Under the pieces are notes generated by a model. It had not been told where the DNA came from and searched no databases. It saw only the letters and a program-made list of their open reading frames with translations. A stretch of 60,488 bases of DNA, filler included. It is 4 parts of 4 records of this genome, joined end to end, with 100 filler letters (N's around TTAATTAATTAA, not from the genome) between each part and the next. Parts side by side here need not be neighbours in the genome. Positions count along the whole stretch, not along the records: positions 16,434 to 30,337 come from SRR31147125_403; positions 30,438 to 45,527 come from SRR31147125_418; 2 more parts are not named here. One strand, given 5' to 3'. Each line of letters starts with the position of its first letter. Within the stretch, counting starts at the first letter, position 1. Made by a program: the position numbers and the translations under genes. This document shows positions 20,387 through 31,080 of the stretch, piece by piece.

Positions 20387-20898
20387 TATTCATCCCCTCC
20401 TTCTTTAAGCACTTCATTTTCTTTTCCGTTATATCTTTTCACACCTAAAACATCCATTAAACTATAATAAGCAATCAAAAGACCCGAAAAAGGCATAATA
20501 GCATATAAATATCCTCTTGGCATTTTTGTTGCAGCCATTGTTGAGGTCATCATTTTACTTGATAACTGCCATCCCCAAATAACCATAAACACCCCAAATG
20601 CGAAAACAAGAAAATATGCAAACTTTTGCACAAATTTCTGCATCTTTTTTGGGAATAGTTTAAATATAACTTCTATGCTTATGTGTAAGTGTTCTCTAAC
20701 ACCAATTGACATAGCAATAAACCCAAACCATATCATCAATATCAAAGGAACTTCTTCACTCCACCTGATGCTATAGTTAAACACCTTACGAGTAAACACC
20801 TGTGAACACGTAACTAAGCTCATTACAACAAGCATTAACTTTGCAATATAGGTCATAGCTTTATTAAAATAATAAAACATTCTTTCAATTACTCTCAC
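20386..20898 (-). CDS. dctQ: TRAP transporter small permease
   Basis: WSEEV, HISIE; four TM segments; between dctP and dctM. Confidence 0.9.
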   Translation of the reverse strand: MRVIERMFYYFNKAMTYIAKLMLVVMSLVTCSQVFTRKVFNYSIRWSEEVPLILMIWFGFIAMSIGVREHLHISIEVIFKLFPKKMQKFVQKFAYFLVFAFGVFMVIWGWQLSSKMMTSTMAATKMPRGYLYAIMPFSGLLIAYYSLMDVLGVKRYNGKENEVLKEGGDE

Positions 20899-20924
20899 AA
20901 CCTAAATCTCCCATCCTAATTTTT

Positions 20925-20953
20925 AAAAAGGAGCCAAAGACACTGGCTCCTTT
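20925..20953 (-). terminator. Hairpin/attenuating terminator between dctP and dctQ
   Basis: AAAGGAGCCA-N7-TGGCTCCTTT, followed by a T-run on the minus strand. Confidence 0.65.
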
Positions 20954-20981
20954 AAATTCAATATACTCTCTTTTGTCTATC

Positions 20982-22046
20982 CTATTTTAAATCTTGAATT
21001 GCAGCAATGATATCAGCATATTCTGATGCATACTTTTCATATACTGGTGCCATTTTATCAGCAAATTTTTGTTTTTCTTCTGCTGAAAGATATGTAATCT
21101 CGTTTCCTGCAGCAACGATTTTTTCTTCTGATGCTTTTTCTTTTTCTTTCCATAATTTAACTTGATATGGTTGAGCTTCTTTAGCACATTGCTTAATGAT
21201 TTCTAAATCTTCAGCTGAAACTTTATCTTCAATTGCTTTTGATGCAACTAAGATTTCTGGAACACGTAGATGTTCATCCAATGTGTAATATTGTGCTACT
21301 TCAAAGTGTGATGATGTATCGTATGAAGGCCAGTTGTTTTCAGCTCCATCAATAACACCAGTTTGAATAGCAGAGTAAACTTCACCGTAAGGCATTGGTG
21401 TTGCAACAGCACCTAAAGCTTCACACATGTCAATAAACATTTCGTTTTGCATAACACGGAATTTTAATCCAGCAATATCTTCTAATGTTTCAATTGGTTT
21501 TACAGAGTTATAGAAACTACGTGCGCCACCATCAAACCATCCAAGACCAATGAATCCATCTTCATAAATACTTGCAAGCATGTCAGCTCCAACTTCGCTA
21601 TCAAGAACTGTCCACATATGATCACTTGATGAATAGATGTAAGGTAGTGATAGAACGTTTAGTTCAGGAGCAAACTCAGCAAGTGGTCCAATAGATACAC
21701 GAGTAAAGTCGATTGCGCCAAATTGAACTTGTTCAATTACGTCAACTTCTTCGCCAAGTTGTTTTGAATCATAAACTTCAATAACAACACGTCCTTCAGT
21801 CTTTTCTTCAACAAGTCTTGCAAATTCTAGATTACCTTTGTTTGTTGGGTAATCAGCAGGATGTGTTTCAGCAAGTCTGAAATAAACTGGCTCAACAGCT
21901 GGTTCTTCTTCAGCTACTGGTTCTTCAGCAGCAGGCTCTTCAGCTGCTGGTTCTTCAGCTGCTGGTTCTTCAGCAGCAGGTGCAGCACAAGCAACTAGGC
22001 TCATTGCAAAACAAATAACTAATACAAAAACTAATACTTTTTTCAT
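20982..22046 (-). CDS. dctP: TRAP substrate-binding lipoprotein (uronate-type DctP)
   Basis: MKKVLV..LVAC lipobox, QLGEE, GARSFY, GLKFRVM, DGAENN. Confidence 0.92.
   Translation of the reverse strand: MKKVLVFVLVICFAMSLVACAAPAAEEPAAEEPAAEEPAAEEPVAEEEPAVEPVYFRLAETHPADYPTNKGNLEFARLVEEKTEGRVVIEVYDSKQLGEEVDVIEQVQFGAIDFTRVSIGPLAEFAPELNVLSLPYIYSSSDHMWTVLDSEVGADMLASIYEDGFIGLGWFDGGARSFYNSVKPIETLEDIAGLKFRVMQNEMFIDMCEALGAVATPMPYGEVYSAIQTGVIDGAENNWPSYDTSSHFEVAQYYTLDEHLRVPEILVASKAIEDKVSAEDLEIIKQCAKEAQPYQVKLWKEKEKASEEKIVAAGNEITYLSAEEKQKFADKMAPVYEKYASEYADIIAAIQDLK
21888..21980 (-). repeat. 15-nt tandem repeat encoding (PAAEE)4-PVAEEE-PAVEP linker
   Basis: Degenerate GCTGGTTCTTCAGCT units directly after the lipobox Cys. 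Confidence 0.9.
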
Positions 22047-22206
22047 TTTTCCCTCCAGAAATTTATTTGTTAACAAATTGTATCTAAATTGAAAACAAAT
22101 TTCTCTGCAATAACTTGCTAATCACTTCACTAAATTGTCATATAAATATTAGACTAAAAAAAAACTAAAATATCAAGCACTATTTTGTTCATTCTGCAAA
22201 ATAATG

Positions 22207-23760
22207 CTAGTCGATTGTCTCGCTTCTATACCTTGTTGGAGATATTCCAGTTTCCTTTTTAAAAACTCTAGTAAAATAATTCGGATCAGAATATCCAACA
22301 TTATATGATATCTGTTTCACAGTCAATAGCGTTTCTTTTAACAGTTTCTTCGAATTTGATATTCTAACAAAAGTTAAGTAATCCGAAAAATTCAATGTTA
22401 AATACTTTTTAAAAAGTTTAGAAATATAAAACGAACTCATATTACTCATCTCCGCTAACTGCTCCAAAGTTATATTGTCACGTATATTATCCTCAATATA
22501 CGATTTCAAACGATTGACGATTATTGCATTTTTATCATTGCTTTCTATCGAACAAATATTATAAAGCTTGTCAGTAAAATAAATCAAAAATTGTTTTCCA
22601 TCTTCGTAACTCTCTGCTTTCGATGCCATCAAGTACAAGCTGTCATTAAAATCTAAATTGCTTTTCATCTTGTTTTCCAAAGCGCGTTTAAGTTCAATTT
22701 CAAATTCCAACAACATACTACGATAATTTTCAATAGACAAGGCTTCCTTTACTAAAATATTTTGCGCTTTTTCTACTAATTCAGCAATACAGTCTTTATC
22801 CCCTTCCAAAATACAATCGTTAAAAAGATTTACTATTTCTTTAATATCTTTTATATAAGGATCAGAATTACTGCCTTTGAATATTTCTTTCGCTTTAGAA
22901 AATGATGTCCAAAGCTTGTCCATATCTTGGCATATTGGACCAATGGCTAACTTGACAGAGACACCTAAACCAACAAGACTTTGAGACGTCATCTTTTCTA
23001 CCAACAATTGAAGCCTAGCTTGATTATCAACAATACGCTTATAATCAGCATTATACCCAAAACAGTATAGACAATTGTTTTTTACATACAAAATGCAATC
23101 GTATATTTCCTTTTTAATCTTTCTCGAAAGTCTATCAAAAACCATTTTTCTTTTTGATGCTATGTTCATATCAGATAAGCTCTGATTATATTCCAACTGT
23201 GCGTCAATTATAGCTCCAAAACCATATTCAAAATAGTCCATATTAGCAAACGTACACAGTTTTATAATTTTCTGCTTATCAGTTTCACCTAAAACCAAAG
23301 CTTCAACCAAACATTCCTTAATATAATCAGATGTATCTTCTAACTTTTCTTTTGTCGATATTGCCTTTTTATCATTCGCTTTTTTCTTTTCAATTTCATC
23401 AATCACGTTGCCAAGCGTTTTTTCTAACATCTCAGGTGTAGCTGGCTTTACAACAAAATCATCCACACCCAATTTGACCGCCTGTTTTGCATAGTCAAAC
23501 TCATCAAATGCAGTTAAAAATACAACGTGTGTATCTGGCATAAATTTTCTAATTACCTCAGTAGATTTAATACCGTTTAATCCAGGCATATTTATATCCA
23601 TCAAAATAATATCTGGTTCAAAAACAGAAGCAGCCGCAACTGCCTCTTTACCATTCGGAGCCTGCGCGATTTCAGAGATCTTTAATTCTGTATTACGTAT
23701 AACATATTCGATAGCTCTTCTTTCAATTTCTTCATCATCCACAATTAAAAGTTTATACAT
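22207..23760 (-). CDS. YesN-type response regulator (receiver + AraC HTH)
   Basis: KLLIVDDE, MDINMP, C-terminal VGYSDPNYFTRVFKKETGISP. Confidence 0.93.
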   Translation of the reverse strand: MYKLLIVDDEEIERRAIEYVIRNTELKISEIAQAPNGKEAVAAASVFEPDIILMDINMPGLNGIKSTEVIRKFMPDTHVVFLTAFDEFDYAKQAVKLGVDDFVVKPATPEMLEKTLGNVIDEIEKKKANDKKAISTKEKLEDTSDYIKECLVEALVLGETDKQKIIKLCTFANMDYFEYGFGAIIDAQLEYNQSLSDMNIASKRKMVFDRLSRKIKKEIYDCILYVKNNCLYCFGYNADYKRIVDNQARLQLLVEKMTSQSLVGLGVSVKLAIGPICQDMDKLWTSFSKAKEIFKGSNSDPYIKDIKEIVNLFNDCILEGDKDCIAELVEKAQNILVKEALSIENYRSMLLEFEIELKRALENKMKSNLDFNDSLYLMASKAESYEDGKQFLIYFTDKLYNICSIESNDKNAIIVNRLKSYIEDNIRDNITLEQLAEMSNMSSFYISKLFKKYLTLNFSDYLTFVRISNSKKLLKETLLTVKQISYNVGYSDPNYFTRVFKKETGISPTRYRSETID

Positions 23761-25228
23761 CTCTTAGCTCCTTTCTAACAATCGTCATTCGAATAGTTGT
23801 ACCTTTATCTATTTCACTTGTAATCTTAAACTCACTTCTATTGGGAAACGAAAGCAAAAATCGTTCTTTAACATTCCTTAATCCCATACTCGTTTTTCTA
23901 TCCACACTAATATCGTTATTTTCATTGATGATTTTTACTTTTTCTTTATCCATACCCATACCATTATCACTCACTTCTATAACAATTTTTATCCCATCAG
24001 CATATGCACGAATATCAATTTTCCCACCTTCTATTTTAGGATTAATACCATGAATAATTGCATTTTCAACAAGTGGTTGTAACGTTAAAACAGGAATGTG
24101 AATATCTATATCGTCTGGAATATCTATTTCATATTGCAATCTTTCTTTAAACCTTACCGTCTGCAAAGCAAGATAATCTAAAATCATTTCTGCCTCTTGA
24201 TGAATAGAAACCTGTTCTCCCCTGCTTCTTAGTTGGTATCTAAAAATATTTGATAACATTTTTATTAGAGTCATGGTCTCATCTGCATTTTCAAAAAGCG
24301 CAGTTCTGGAAATAACATTTAGTGTATTAAACAAAAAATGAGGATTAATTTTAGCTTGCAAAGCTTCTAGCCTTGCCTGCTGCAACAACTGCTCCATTTG
24401 CATCACTGCTTTTTCTTCCTCATGCAATTTTTTTTCAAAAACAGCTTGCTCTTGAATCTGTCTGACATAGTTTTTTATACTGTTACTCATATGATTAAAA
24501 ACCTTAGCCAAATCACCGATCTCATCATCAAAATCAACATTAACTTCCACATCCAGCTCACCTTTAGAAATCCGTTTGGACTGCTTAGACAAGTTCTTAA
24601 TAGGTGTTACAATACTGTACGCAATAAAAAGCCCAAGCACTAAAGCTAACACAGATACAATTGCACTAAGATTATAAGTTAATCTCCTGACTTTCTGCGT
24701 TTCTTCTCTAGTAGTTTCTACTTCTAAAGATTCGTTTTTCAAATTCTCCAGTAATAATTCATTGTAATAACCACTTAGGTATTCCCCAATGTTTAACCCC
24801 TCATAATAATCAAGATAAAAGCTATCATATCCGCTCTGTTTTTTTTCTATTGCCACAGCAAAATTTTCGCGGTAACCTTTTACAGAATAATATATTGCAT
24901 TAATATGAAAATAACTGTCCAAGGAGTTATCCAAACCGTAAAGCTCTTTTATTAATAAGTCTAAATTCTCTTGTCGTTCTGTATAAGATTCTAAAGCTGC
25001 TTGGTCATTGTTTAAAAGATATCTTTCAACATCCTTCATATCTTTATTCGTTTGCTCCATTGTGGTATAAACTTTGTACTGTGTGTCCATAGATTCTGAC
25101 AACATATTTTGTAGTGTTAAATTATTTTTATTAAATAAAAATAATGTGAATAGCAATATAACCAATAAGATAAGGTAATATGATAGTATCTTATATCTTA
25201 TAGAAAGATTCATCCAAAACTTCTTCAA
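23753..25228 (-). CDS. YesM/LytS-type sensor histidine kinase
   Basis: Two TM segments, HAMP, LQAKINPHFLFNTLN, LQPLVENAIIHG, DNGMG. Confidence 0.93.
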   Translation of the reverse strand: MKKFWMNLSIRYKILSYYLILLVILLFTLFLFNKNNLTLQNMLSESMDTQYKVYTTMEQTNKDMKDVERYLLNNDQAALESYTERQENLDLLIKELYGLDNSLDSYFHINAIYYSVKGYRENFAVAIEKKQSGYDSFYLDYYEGLNIGEYLSGYYNELLLENLKNESLEVETTREETQKVRRLTYNLSAIVSVLALVLGLFIAYSIVTPIKNLSKQSKRISKGELDVEVNVDFDDEIGDLAKVFNHMSNSIKNYVRQIQEQAVFEKKLHEEEKAVMQMEQLLQQARLEALQAKINPHFLFNTLNVISRTALFENADETMTLIKMLSNIFRYQLRSRGEQVSIHQEAEMILDYLALQTVRFKERLQYEIDIPDDIDIHIPVLTLQPLVENAIIHGINPKIEGGKIDIRAYADGIKIVIEVSDNGMGMDKEKVKIINENNDISVDRKTSMGLRNVKERFLLSFPNRSEFKITSEIDKGTTIRMTIVRKELRDV

Positions 25229-25299
25229 AATATACTCCCAACCACTTGTGTAAACTATAAATTATGTGCAATTTAGTAAATAGTGCTGTTAAAACACAT

Positions 25300-26469
25300 T
25301 TAACGTGTTTTTCTTTTAATATTCAATATATCATCAAACTCTTTGTAGTCAAATTTTTCTATCTCTATTTCGCTTTTTTTCCAAGCGGAAAGCAACATGG
25401 CATTAGACAGAGTCAAACTGTTTATACCTTCAATTCCACGAGTACAAGGTTGCTTTTTATGTATAATAGAATCTACATAATCACTAATGACGCGTATTCT
25501 ATTGCATCTCGCTAAATTCTTATCATTCAACTGCAAGCTTAAATCAAATTCACTTCGTTTAAAATCATACTCTCTCCATTTTTTATCATGCGAGGTACTT
25601 TTCGAAAAATCAGTCTCATCCATTTCATATTCATCCAATATTACTTTTTGAATGATCGGCGATTCATTATCACTTTTATTGAGCGTAGTCTCAATTATAA
25701 TCCTGCCTTTGCTGCCAGATATCTCTAAACGATTTGTGCCAGGCCACTCAAATGTTGACGTGACAAACACACCTGTCGCTCCGTTTTCAAAAGTAAGCAT
25801 TGCTGTTACATCATCTTCTACACTGATGTCATGATGGCTTCCAAACTTACAGATAGAATAGATGGTTTTTGGCATGCCAACTAGCCATTGGAGTAAATCA
25901 AGTTGATGCGAAGCTTGGTTAAGCAAAACGCCGCCACCTTCACCATCCCATGTTCCCCTCCAAGCTCCGTTGTTAAAATATGCCTGCGGCCTATACAACC
26001 ATGTGTTGATCCAATTTACACGTCTAATCTCGCCAATTTTACCAATATCCAACAATTCTTTTGCTTGCTCATACAAAGGGTTCTTGCGCTGATTAAACAT
26101 CATAGCAAAAACAAGATCTTGCTTTTTAAGTGCAATTTCATTTAGTCTTTTCACATTAAAAGCAGAAGCCCCAGCTGGCTTTTCAAGTAGAACATGCAGG
26201 TTTTTTTCTAGACAATAGCTCGCAATTTCTACATGCGACAAATGAGGAGTAGAGATAATTACTGCATCGCAAGCACCGCTATCGGCTAAATCACGATAAT
26301 CCTCAAACAAATCTATTGATTGCCCAAAATCCTCAATTGCTCTTTTTCTCGCTTCAGCCCCTCGGTTACAAATTGCTGTAACAAAAGCATCACTAACTTC
26401 ACCTTCCAAAAAAGCTTTTGCATGCTGTGAGCCGATTATGCCATAACCAATAATACCAACACGTAACAT
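25300..26469 (-). CDS. Gfo/Idh/MocA family oxidoreductase
   Basis: VGIIGYG, TPHLSH, LLEKP, GGGVLLNQASHQLD. Start placed at ATG 26469 behind GGAGG. Confidence 0.9.
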   Translation of the reverse strand: MLRVGIIGYGIIGSQHAKAFLEGEVSDAFVTAICNRGAEARKRAIEDFGQSIDLFEDYRDLADSGACDAVIISTPHLSHVEIASYCLEKNLHVLLEKPAGASAFNVKRLNEIALKKQDLVFAMMFNQRKNPLYEQAKELLDIGKIGEIRRVNWINTWLYRPQAYFNNGAWRGTWDGEGGGVLLNQASHQLDLLQWLVGMPKTIYSICKFGSHHDISVEDDVTAMLTFENGATGVFVTSTFEWPGTNRLEISGSKGRIIIETTLNKSDNESPIIQKVILDEYEMDETDFSKSTSHDKKWREYDFKRSEFDLSLQLNDKNLARCNRIRVISDYVDSIIHKKQPCTRGIEGINSLTLSNAMLLSAWKKSEIEIEKFDYKEFDDILNIKRKTR

Positions 26470-26509
26470 TTTTACCTCCAATGCTTTTATCCCTTGCACA
26501 GAAAAAGAT

Positions 26510-28102
26510 CTATAAATACTTATCAATCGTTTTTGTAACGCCTCCAACTATCTCTAGCATCTCATCAAAATATTTTTGTATCTTGGTTGCTAATCCTACT
26601 TCAAAAAGGTCTACCCCAAATACATCACTATTTTTAAGAATATGTCCAACATCAACACTATCTCCAATTTTCAAACCGCCAAATGTTTCATTGAGACTTT
26701 CAAGCATAGGATCACTGCTCAGTTCAAAGACATTGCCTTTATCATCTATGCCCACTAAATACCTTAGCCAAGCCGCAATCGCCAATGGTATACCTACAAG
26801 CGAAGCTGGATCTAATTCACCATGAGCATTATACGATTTAATCGTTATTCCAAACCTAATACCTACCTTTTGAGATGTATCCATCGCAATCCTTTGTGGC
26901 GTATCAGGAATATTTGGGTTAACAAATCTTTCATTTACTACTTCATCCAAAAAATCTTTCGGATTAATTATTTTTGGATCGACAACAACTTTTAAACCTT
27001 CATCATAACCAATTTTCTTAATCAGTTTTAAAAGCGTTTCATCCTTCATCTCTTTCGCAATAGAATCGTATCCAAGCAAGCATCCCGTAACAGCTAGTGC
27101 TGTGTGTAGCGGATTAAGACACGTTGTTACTTTCATAGTTTCAACATTGTTTACGGTATCTCGGTCCGTATATATCACATTTTCTCGTGATATATCAACT
27201 TTTCCATTTGGAAACTTATCTTCAATAATCAAATACTCGCTTTCCTCGGCGTTAACAAATGGTGCAGTAAATGACTTTTTAGACGTAACAATCAAATCCA
27301 TACCTTCAAAACCATCATCCTCAAGAGCTTTCTTAACGCGCTCTGATGGACGTGGCGTTATTTTATCAATCATAGTAAGTGGGAAGGATACATATTTTTC
27401 ATCAATAATATATTCAATAAAACCTTGGTCTACAAATCCCTTTTCAAACCAGTATTTTGCTATATCCTCTACAGCCATAGCAATTTTATCACCATTATGC
27501 GAACAGTTATCCATACTTACAACAGCAAGCTTTTGTTTACCTGCTTTATATCTTTCAAACAACAACGATGTTAAAATCGTCATCGAATGTGTAGGGCTTT
27601 CTGGTCCTTTATCCAAATCAGATTGAACAAAAGAAAAATATTCCCCATTATAATCTTTAAGGGCATAACCTTTTTCGGTTATTGTATAACTAATCATTTT
27701 TAAGGTCGTCTTTTTTACAATCGCCTTAAGTTTATGCAACCCATTAAATCCTTTTGTACAGTCAACTACATCCGCAATACTTGCAATAACTCTTTTTTCA
27801 AGCGAACCATCCGCCTTCATAATAGCCGATAAACTTAAGCAATCGTTTTTCTTATAATAATCGCTTATAATTTCACCGTCAAACGTCTCAGAAACAATAA
27901 CACCACAATCAGTTTTACCATTTTCAATCGCCTGCTGAAGTGCATCGGCTACAAATATACGGAATATATTGCCTCCACCAAAGTGAATCCATGTAGGATT
28001 TTTATCAGTTTCTCGTCGCATTTTATCAATATCAAATTTCGGTAAAATAACTTGTGAATCCTCAAATACACCACTTTTTAAACTCTCTAAATTCAATTTC
28101 AT
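26510..28102 (-). CDS. uxuB: Mannitol dehydrogenase family, fructuronate (D-mannonate) oxidoreductase-like
   Basis: WIHFGGGNIFR, TITEKGY, SMDNC, MIDKITP, LNPLH, RIAMDTSQK; follows uxuA. Confidence 0.8.
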   Translation of the reverse strand: MKLNLESLKSGVFEDSQVILPKFDIDKMRRETDKNPTWIHFGGGNIFRIFVADALQQAIENGKTDCGVIVSETFDGEIISDYYKKNDCLSLSAIMKADGSLEKRVIASIADVVDCTKGFNGLHKLKAIVKKTTLKMISYTITEKGYALKDYNGEYFSFVQSDLDKGPESPTHSMTILTSLLFERYKAGKQKLAVVSMDNCSHNGDKIAMAVEDIAKYWFEKGFVDQGFIEYIIDEKYVSFPLTMIDKITPRPSERVKKALEDDGFEGMDLIVTSKKSFTAPFVNAEESEYLIIEDKFPNGKVDISRENVIYTDRDTVNNVETMKVTTCLNPLHTALAVTGCLLGYDSIAKEMKDETLLKLIKKIGYDEGLKVVVDPKIINPKDFLDEVVNERFVNPNIPDTPQRIAMDTSQKVGIRFGITIKSYNAHGELDPASLVGIPLAIAAWLRYLVGIDDKGNVFELSSDPMLESLNETFGGLKIGDSVDVGHILKNSDVFGVDLFEVGLATKIQKYFDEMLEIVGGVTKTIDKYL

Positions 28103-28105
28103 ATC

Positions 28106-29170
28106 TTACCCCTTATTTAAGGTATCCCATATACCCCATATGTACATAATACCCATAGCGCGGTCATACAACCCATATCCTGGTCTGCAGGACTTTTCTT
28201 CGCCCCAAAGATGTCTACCATGGTCTGGTCTACAATATCCTTCAAATCCAATTTCTTTATAGGCTTTTAATATCTCAACCGCATCAACATTCCCGTCGCA
28301 CGCTCTGTGAGATACTTCAATAAAATCTCCATTCTCAAAAACCTTTACATTTCTAATATGTGTAAAATGAATCTTATCGCCAAACTCTCTAATAATCGCC
28401 GGAATATCATTTTCTAAGTTTGGACCCAGCGATCCTGTGCACAGTGTTAATCCATTATATGGGCTATCAACCAAGTCTAAAAACCTCTTGATATGATCCC
28501 TATCCCTAATTATCCTTGGCAAATTAAAAATCGGCCACGGCGGATCATCCATATGAATCGCCATCTTTATATCACATTCTTCACAAACTGGAATAATCTC
28601 TTGTAAAAAATATTTTAGGTTGTCAAATAGTTTATCCTCTGTCATACCTTCATATTTTTCAAACAATTCATCCAATATTGCCATCCGTTCTGGCTCCCAT
28701 CCTGGCATCGTAAAATCTCCTATGTTGCTCAAAATATAGTCCGCCATAGATCTTGGGTCATCCTGCACAACAGATTTCTCATAAAAAAGTGCATTTGATC
28801 CATCTCCAACTGGATGAAAGAGGTCTGTTCGTGTCCAGTCGAAAATTGGCATAAAGTTATAGCATATAACCTTAACTCCAACTGTTGCCAGTTTCCTTAT
28901 TGTATCCTTATATATTTCAATAAATTTATCACGTGTTTTTAAACCCAGTTTAATATCATCATGTACATTAACACTTTCTACAACATCAATATTAAATCCA
29001 TACTTATCTGCTTGATTCTTTACTTCTTGTATTCTCTCAATTTCCCATGCTTCACCAGCCACCTTATCATGCAAGGACCATACTACTCCGCTTACACCTG
29101 GTATCTGTTTTATATGATTAAGCGTGATAGAATCATTTCCTTCACCATACCACCTAAAAGTCATTTTCAT
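28106..29170 (-). CDS. uxuA: Mannonate dehydratase
   Basis: MTFRWYG, CYNFMPIFDWTRT, HMDDPPW, RPDHG, PGYGLYDRA. Confidence 0.97.
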   Translation of the reverse strand: MKMTFRWYGEGNDSITLNHIKQIPGVSGVVWSLHDKVAGEAWEIERIQEVKNQADKYGFNIDVVESVNVHDDIKLGLKTRDKFIEIYKDTIRKLATVGVKVICYNFMPIFDWTRTDLFHPVGDGSNALFYEKSVVQDDPRSMADYILSNIGDFTMPGWEPERMAILDELFEKYEGMTEDKLFDNLKYFLQEIIPVCEECDIKMAIHMDDPPWPIFNLPRIIRDRDHIKRFLDLVDSPYNGLTLCTGSLGPNLENDIPAIIREFGDKIHFTHIRNVKVFENGDFIEVSHRACDGNVDAVEILKAYKEIGFEGYCRPDHGRHLWGEEKSCRPGYGLYDRAMGIMYIWGIWDTLNKG

Positions 29171-29226
29171 ATTTCTTCCTCCAAAATAATATATACAGGA
29201 TAGTACTATACTGCATTATTTACTGC

Positions 29227-29242
29227 GTTAAAAATTTTTAAC
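29227..29242. promoter_or_regulatory. Perfect 16-bp palindrome upstream of uxuA, candidate operator
   Basis: GTTAAAAATTTTTAAC about 57 nt before the uxuA ATG. AT-rich, so chance occurrence cannot be excluded. Confidence 0.35.
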
Positions 29243-29652
29243 ACAAAATAACCAGATACAGCTTATTACCTATTTTCCGATTCACTGATAAAATTCTTTA
29301 TTACTAAAATGGGACAAACAAAAATTCACTATTTGCTTACGATTTGCGCAAAAAGTATGATTATTAAAAGTTTTAATTACTTTGAGAGTATTGATAAATA
29401 AATAATATCTCATATTAATATCTGTGTCAACATAAGCAATTTTGATTAGTGTCTTTAGTCTATTCACACCTGCTTGATACTATTTACCTTATAGCTATAT
29501 TCATTCAGCAAATTTTTTTAAAACCAAGTCAATTATCAATTAAAGTGCAACACTCATTATAATCGTTATATCCAAAATTTTAACAGCATTTAAAACACAT
29601 CCCACTCAGTTTAAAAATAAAACGCACCAGCAAACCATGCCTTAGCTAACCG

Positions 29653-30337
29653 TTAAAACCCGAAGTACTTCTTCGTGTTGTAGTAACTAATATTTTCAAC
29701 TAAATCTTTTAACAGTTCTTTATCATCAGGATATTCACCGTTTTCAACCCAACATCCTATCATATTACAAAGAATCCTTCTAAAATATTCATGCCTTGCA
29801 TAAGAAAGAAAGCTTCTTGAGTCTGTAAGCATACCTACAAAATTACCGAGAGCCGATAAGCTTGCTAATGTTTCCATCTGTTTAATCATCCCGCTTTTAG
29901 TATCATTAAACCACCAAGCAGAACCGTGCTGTATTTTGTTTTTTATTCCTTGCTCTTGGAAACAACCAATAATCGTCCCAATCAATGCATCATCATTAGG
30001 ATTAAGCGAGTAAATAATTGTTTTAGGCATACTGCTTTGCTTATTTATCTCATTAAAAAGCCCAGCCAAGCCAAACGAAGAATCGACTGTACTTATTGCA
30101 TCAAACCCAGTGTCTGGACCAAGTTTATTAAACATATTAGTGTTTACGTTTCTAATCGTCCCATAATGAATCTGCATCGTCCAATCTCTTTTGCTATACT
30201 CTCCAGCCAAGAAAATAAGAACTGCTGTTATAAACTTTTCAGTTTCCTCAGTAGTTACTGCTTCCCCCATAAGACCTTTTTTCAAAATCTCTTCAATTTC
30301 TTGATCAGATGCAGTCCTACACATCACATATTCAAGC
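29653..30337 (-). CDS. uxaC: Uronate isomerase, 5'-truncated
   Basis: MQIHYG..RN, GPDTGFD, GSAWWFND, GMLTDSRSFLSY.RHEYFRR. Confidence 0.96.
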
Positions 30338-30437
30338 NNNNNNNNNNNNNNNNNNNNNNNNNNNNNNNNNNNNNNNNNNNNTTAATTAATTAANNNNNNN
30401 NNNNNNNNNNNNNNNNNNNNNNNNNNNNNNNNNNNNN
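30338..30437. other. Artificial contig-joining spacer
   Basis: N44-TTAATTAATTAA-N44. Confidence 0.98.
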
Positions 30438-30541
30438 AAAAAAATCTAATTGTTTTGCATACTTGATCCTTCAACAAACCTCTCAAAAGCGTTTGAGGGC
30501 TTTTATCCTGACTTTTCGTAACAGGCAGAATCTTTGAAATA

Positions 30542-30916
30542 TTAGTAATAACATCCAAGCAAAATAAGAATTGAAGATGTGCTGAAAATGACCGGACAAA
30601 GTCTGAATGGAAGAAAATGGATTTTGAATCCTGTTAAAAGGGAAATGATCGAGAGCGTGTTGAGCATGACAAAAGTAATCCAATAAATGGTTTTTGAAAT
30701 CAGATGGGTATAGTCAATGAATGTTACGGCCGTAACAATAACAGCGATAAAAATAAGCGAGATTCCTTCAATGATCCATTCCATGGTGATGATTCTTTTA
30801 TTATCCTGTGTTATATCACCAAAACCCCTGACAACTGATTTTGTAGGGAATAGATGTGAAAGTCCCCACACAAATGGAAGAAAAGAACCAATATAAAGAA
30901 GAATATAATTCATCAT
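30542..30916 (-). CDS. Small four-TM membrane protein of unknown function
   Basis: Hydrophobic segments; WGLSHLFPTK..GFG..MEWIIEG; upstream GAGGG RBS-like site. Confidence 0.7.
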   Translation of the reverse strand: MMNYILLYIGSFLPFVWGLSHLFPTKSVVRGFGDITQDNKRIITMEWIIEGISLIFIAVIVTAVTFIDYTHLISKTIYWITFVMLNTLSIISLLTGFKIHFLPFRLCPVIFSTSSILILLGCYY

Positions 30917-31080
30917 AATAATCCCTCTTTTTTTAATGTACCTTATTCAGGATTTGCAGACATTCAAAGCAGAAATGTGCTATAGGAAGGGAATGCAGAA
31001 CTCGTTTTGGTCTTGAAGGATGATTTGATTGAACAGGACATTTTGTTTTCATCAGGTAAAGCAAATAGGTCTGTAATTCA

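Noticed and set aside
22176-22208. Inverted repeat AGCACTATTTTG/CAAAATAATGCT after the YesN-type gene
   Set aside because: Could be a weak terminator or a regulator site; AT-rich with a mismatch, so no call can be made.
29282-29467. 61-aa ORF in the uxaC-uxuA gap
   Set aside because: No motif, weak start context, and a length expected by chance in AT-rich DNA.
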